A stretch of 32,000 nucleotides of DNA from Opitutales bacterium. GTDB lineage: Bacteria > Verrucomicrobiota > Verrucomicrobiia > Opitutales > PNEW01. The stretch spans positions 720,001 through 752,000 of the forward strand of contig CBDCNV010000002.1 of NCBI GenBank assembly GCA_965219535.1, in the 5' to 3' direction. Each line of letters begins with the position of its first letter. The stretch's first letter is position 1. A model generated the notes under the pieces. The model searched no databases. It saw nothing but the letters and a program-made list of their open reading frames with translations, and was not told the origin of the DNA. Positions 31,522 through 32,000 of the stretch are shown here, one piece after another. Both the position numbers and the translations under genes were made by a program.

Positions 31522-32000
31522 ATGTCTAAGCATACGGCAATTACGCTAGGTAATGCATCCTATGGATTCAGAGAATATAACTTAAAAGATTTTTTTGAAG
31601 CATCTAAAAAAATAGGGATATCTTTAGTGGAAATTGACGCCGGGTGGCTGGTGGGAGAAGCGAAAAACGCGATTTCATTAAATGCAACCCCAGAAGAAAT
31701 AGGAAAAGTCAAGCATTTGGCTTCCGATGCGGGTGTTAAAGTGGCTGCACTGGGGGGTGGAGCGGTGGTGGCGCTCGAAGGAGATAAGGCTAATAATCAA
31801 TCCACTGAAATAATGAAAGCTATTGATATTGCTGATGCCCTGGATGCACGGGTGATCAGGGTATTTACCGAACATGATTTTACTGCTTCCCAGCATTATG
31901 TCCTGCCCGCGGAAAGAGTAACTGATGCACTCTATACAACACTCGGTGAAGCCTTTAATATAGTAGGAGAATATGCCCAGAGCAAAAATGTATCCCTTGC
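31522..32000 (+). CDS. Sugar phosphate isomerase/epimerase-like (xylose isomerase-like TIM barrel) protein, partial (3' end outside window)
   Basis: Not in the ORF track because no stop falls in the window. My translation from the ATG at 31522: MSKHTAITLGNASYGFREYNLKDFFEASKKIGISLVEIDAGW...ALDARVIRVFTEH... Open to the window end. The family call is tentative. Confidence 0.45.
   Translation, partial: MSKHTAITLGNASYGFREYNLKDFFEASKKIGISLVEIDAGWLVGEAKNAISLNATPEEIGKVKHLASDAGVKVAALGGGAVVALEGDKANNQSTEIMKAIDIADALDARVIRVFTEHDFTASQHYVLPAERVTDALYTTLGEAFNIVGEYAQSKNVSL

Overview
All calls rest on reading the sequence and the ORF track by eye; no searches were run.

**Overall layout.** The window reads as an accessory and catabolic region of a glycan-degrading heterotroph. 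The gene content has a PVC-superphylum flavour, but that is inference only.

**Left two thirds (about 715-19147).** This is a glycan-catabolism block:
- two formylglycine-type sulfatases
- a divergent GH32-like enzyme
- a DUF2961/GH172-like protein
- a BNR/Asp-box sialidase-like propeller
- a five-bladed-propeller glycosidase-like protein
- an alpha/beta hydrolase
- a Gfo/Idh/MocA oxidoreductase
- a PhyH dioxygenase
- a membrane desaturase
- a pentapeptide-repeat protein
- an orphan fusion of a solute-binding protein with a DppB/OppB-type permease

Two apparently identical IS481-family copies in direct orientation bracket the block. Copy 1 is cut by the window edge.

**Right third (20524-29800).** This is a patchwork:
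- a start-less collagen-like ORF remnant
- a high-GC glycosidase-like gene
- a small AT-rich secreted-protein gene
- two tandem paralogs (about 740 aa) of a secreted protein of unknown function, plus a 3' remnant of a third
- an AT-rich GFA-domain gene carrying a 21-bp tandem repeat

The window ends with two cupins, an SDR and a partial TIM-barrel isomerase.

**Most unusual signal.** Each tandem paralog is preceded by a conserved element of about 174 nt. Its head is a near-perfect tRNA-Pro 5' portion (acceptor 5' strand, D arm and anticodon arm). Its body has two hairpins and its tail is A7. A 10-bp direct repeat brackets the whole element. A third partial copy lies elsewhere in the window with a different flank.

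**Other non-coding structure:**
- intergenic DNA built largely from phase-coherent heptanucleotide arrays
- a hairpin at the gene end that encodes the last residues plus the stop codon
- a double-hairpin REP-like element in four copies, one split by the IS
- a MITE-like element with 23-bp inverted ends in two copies
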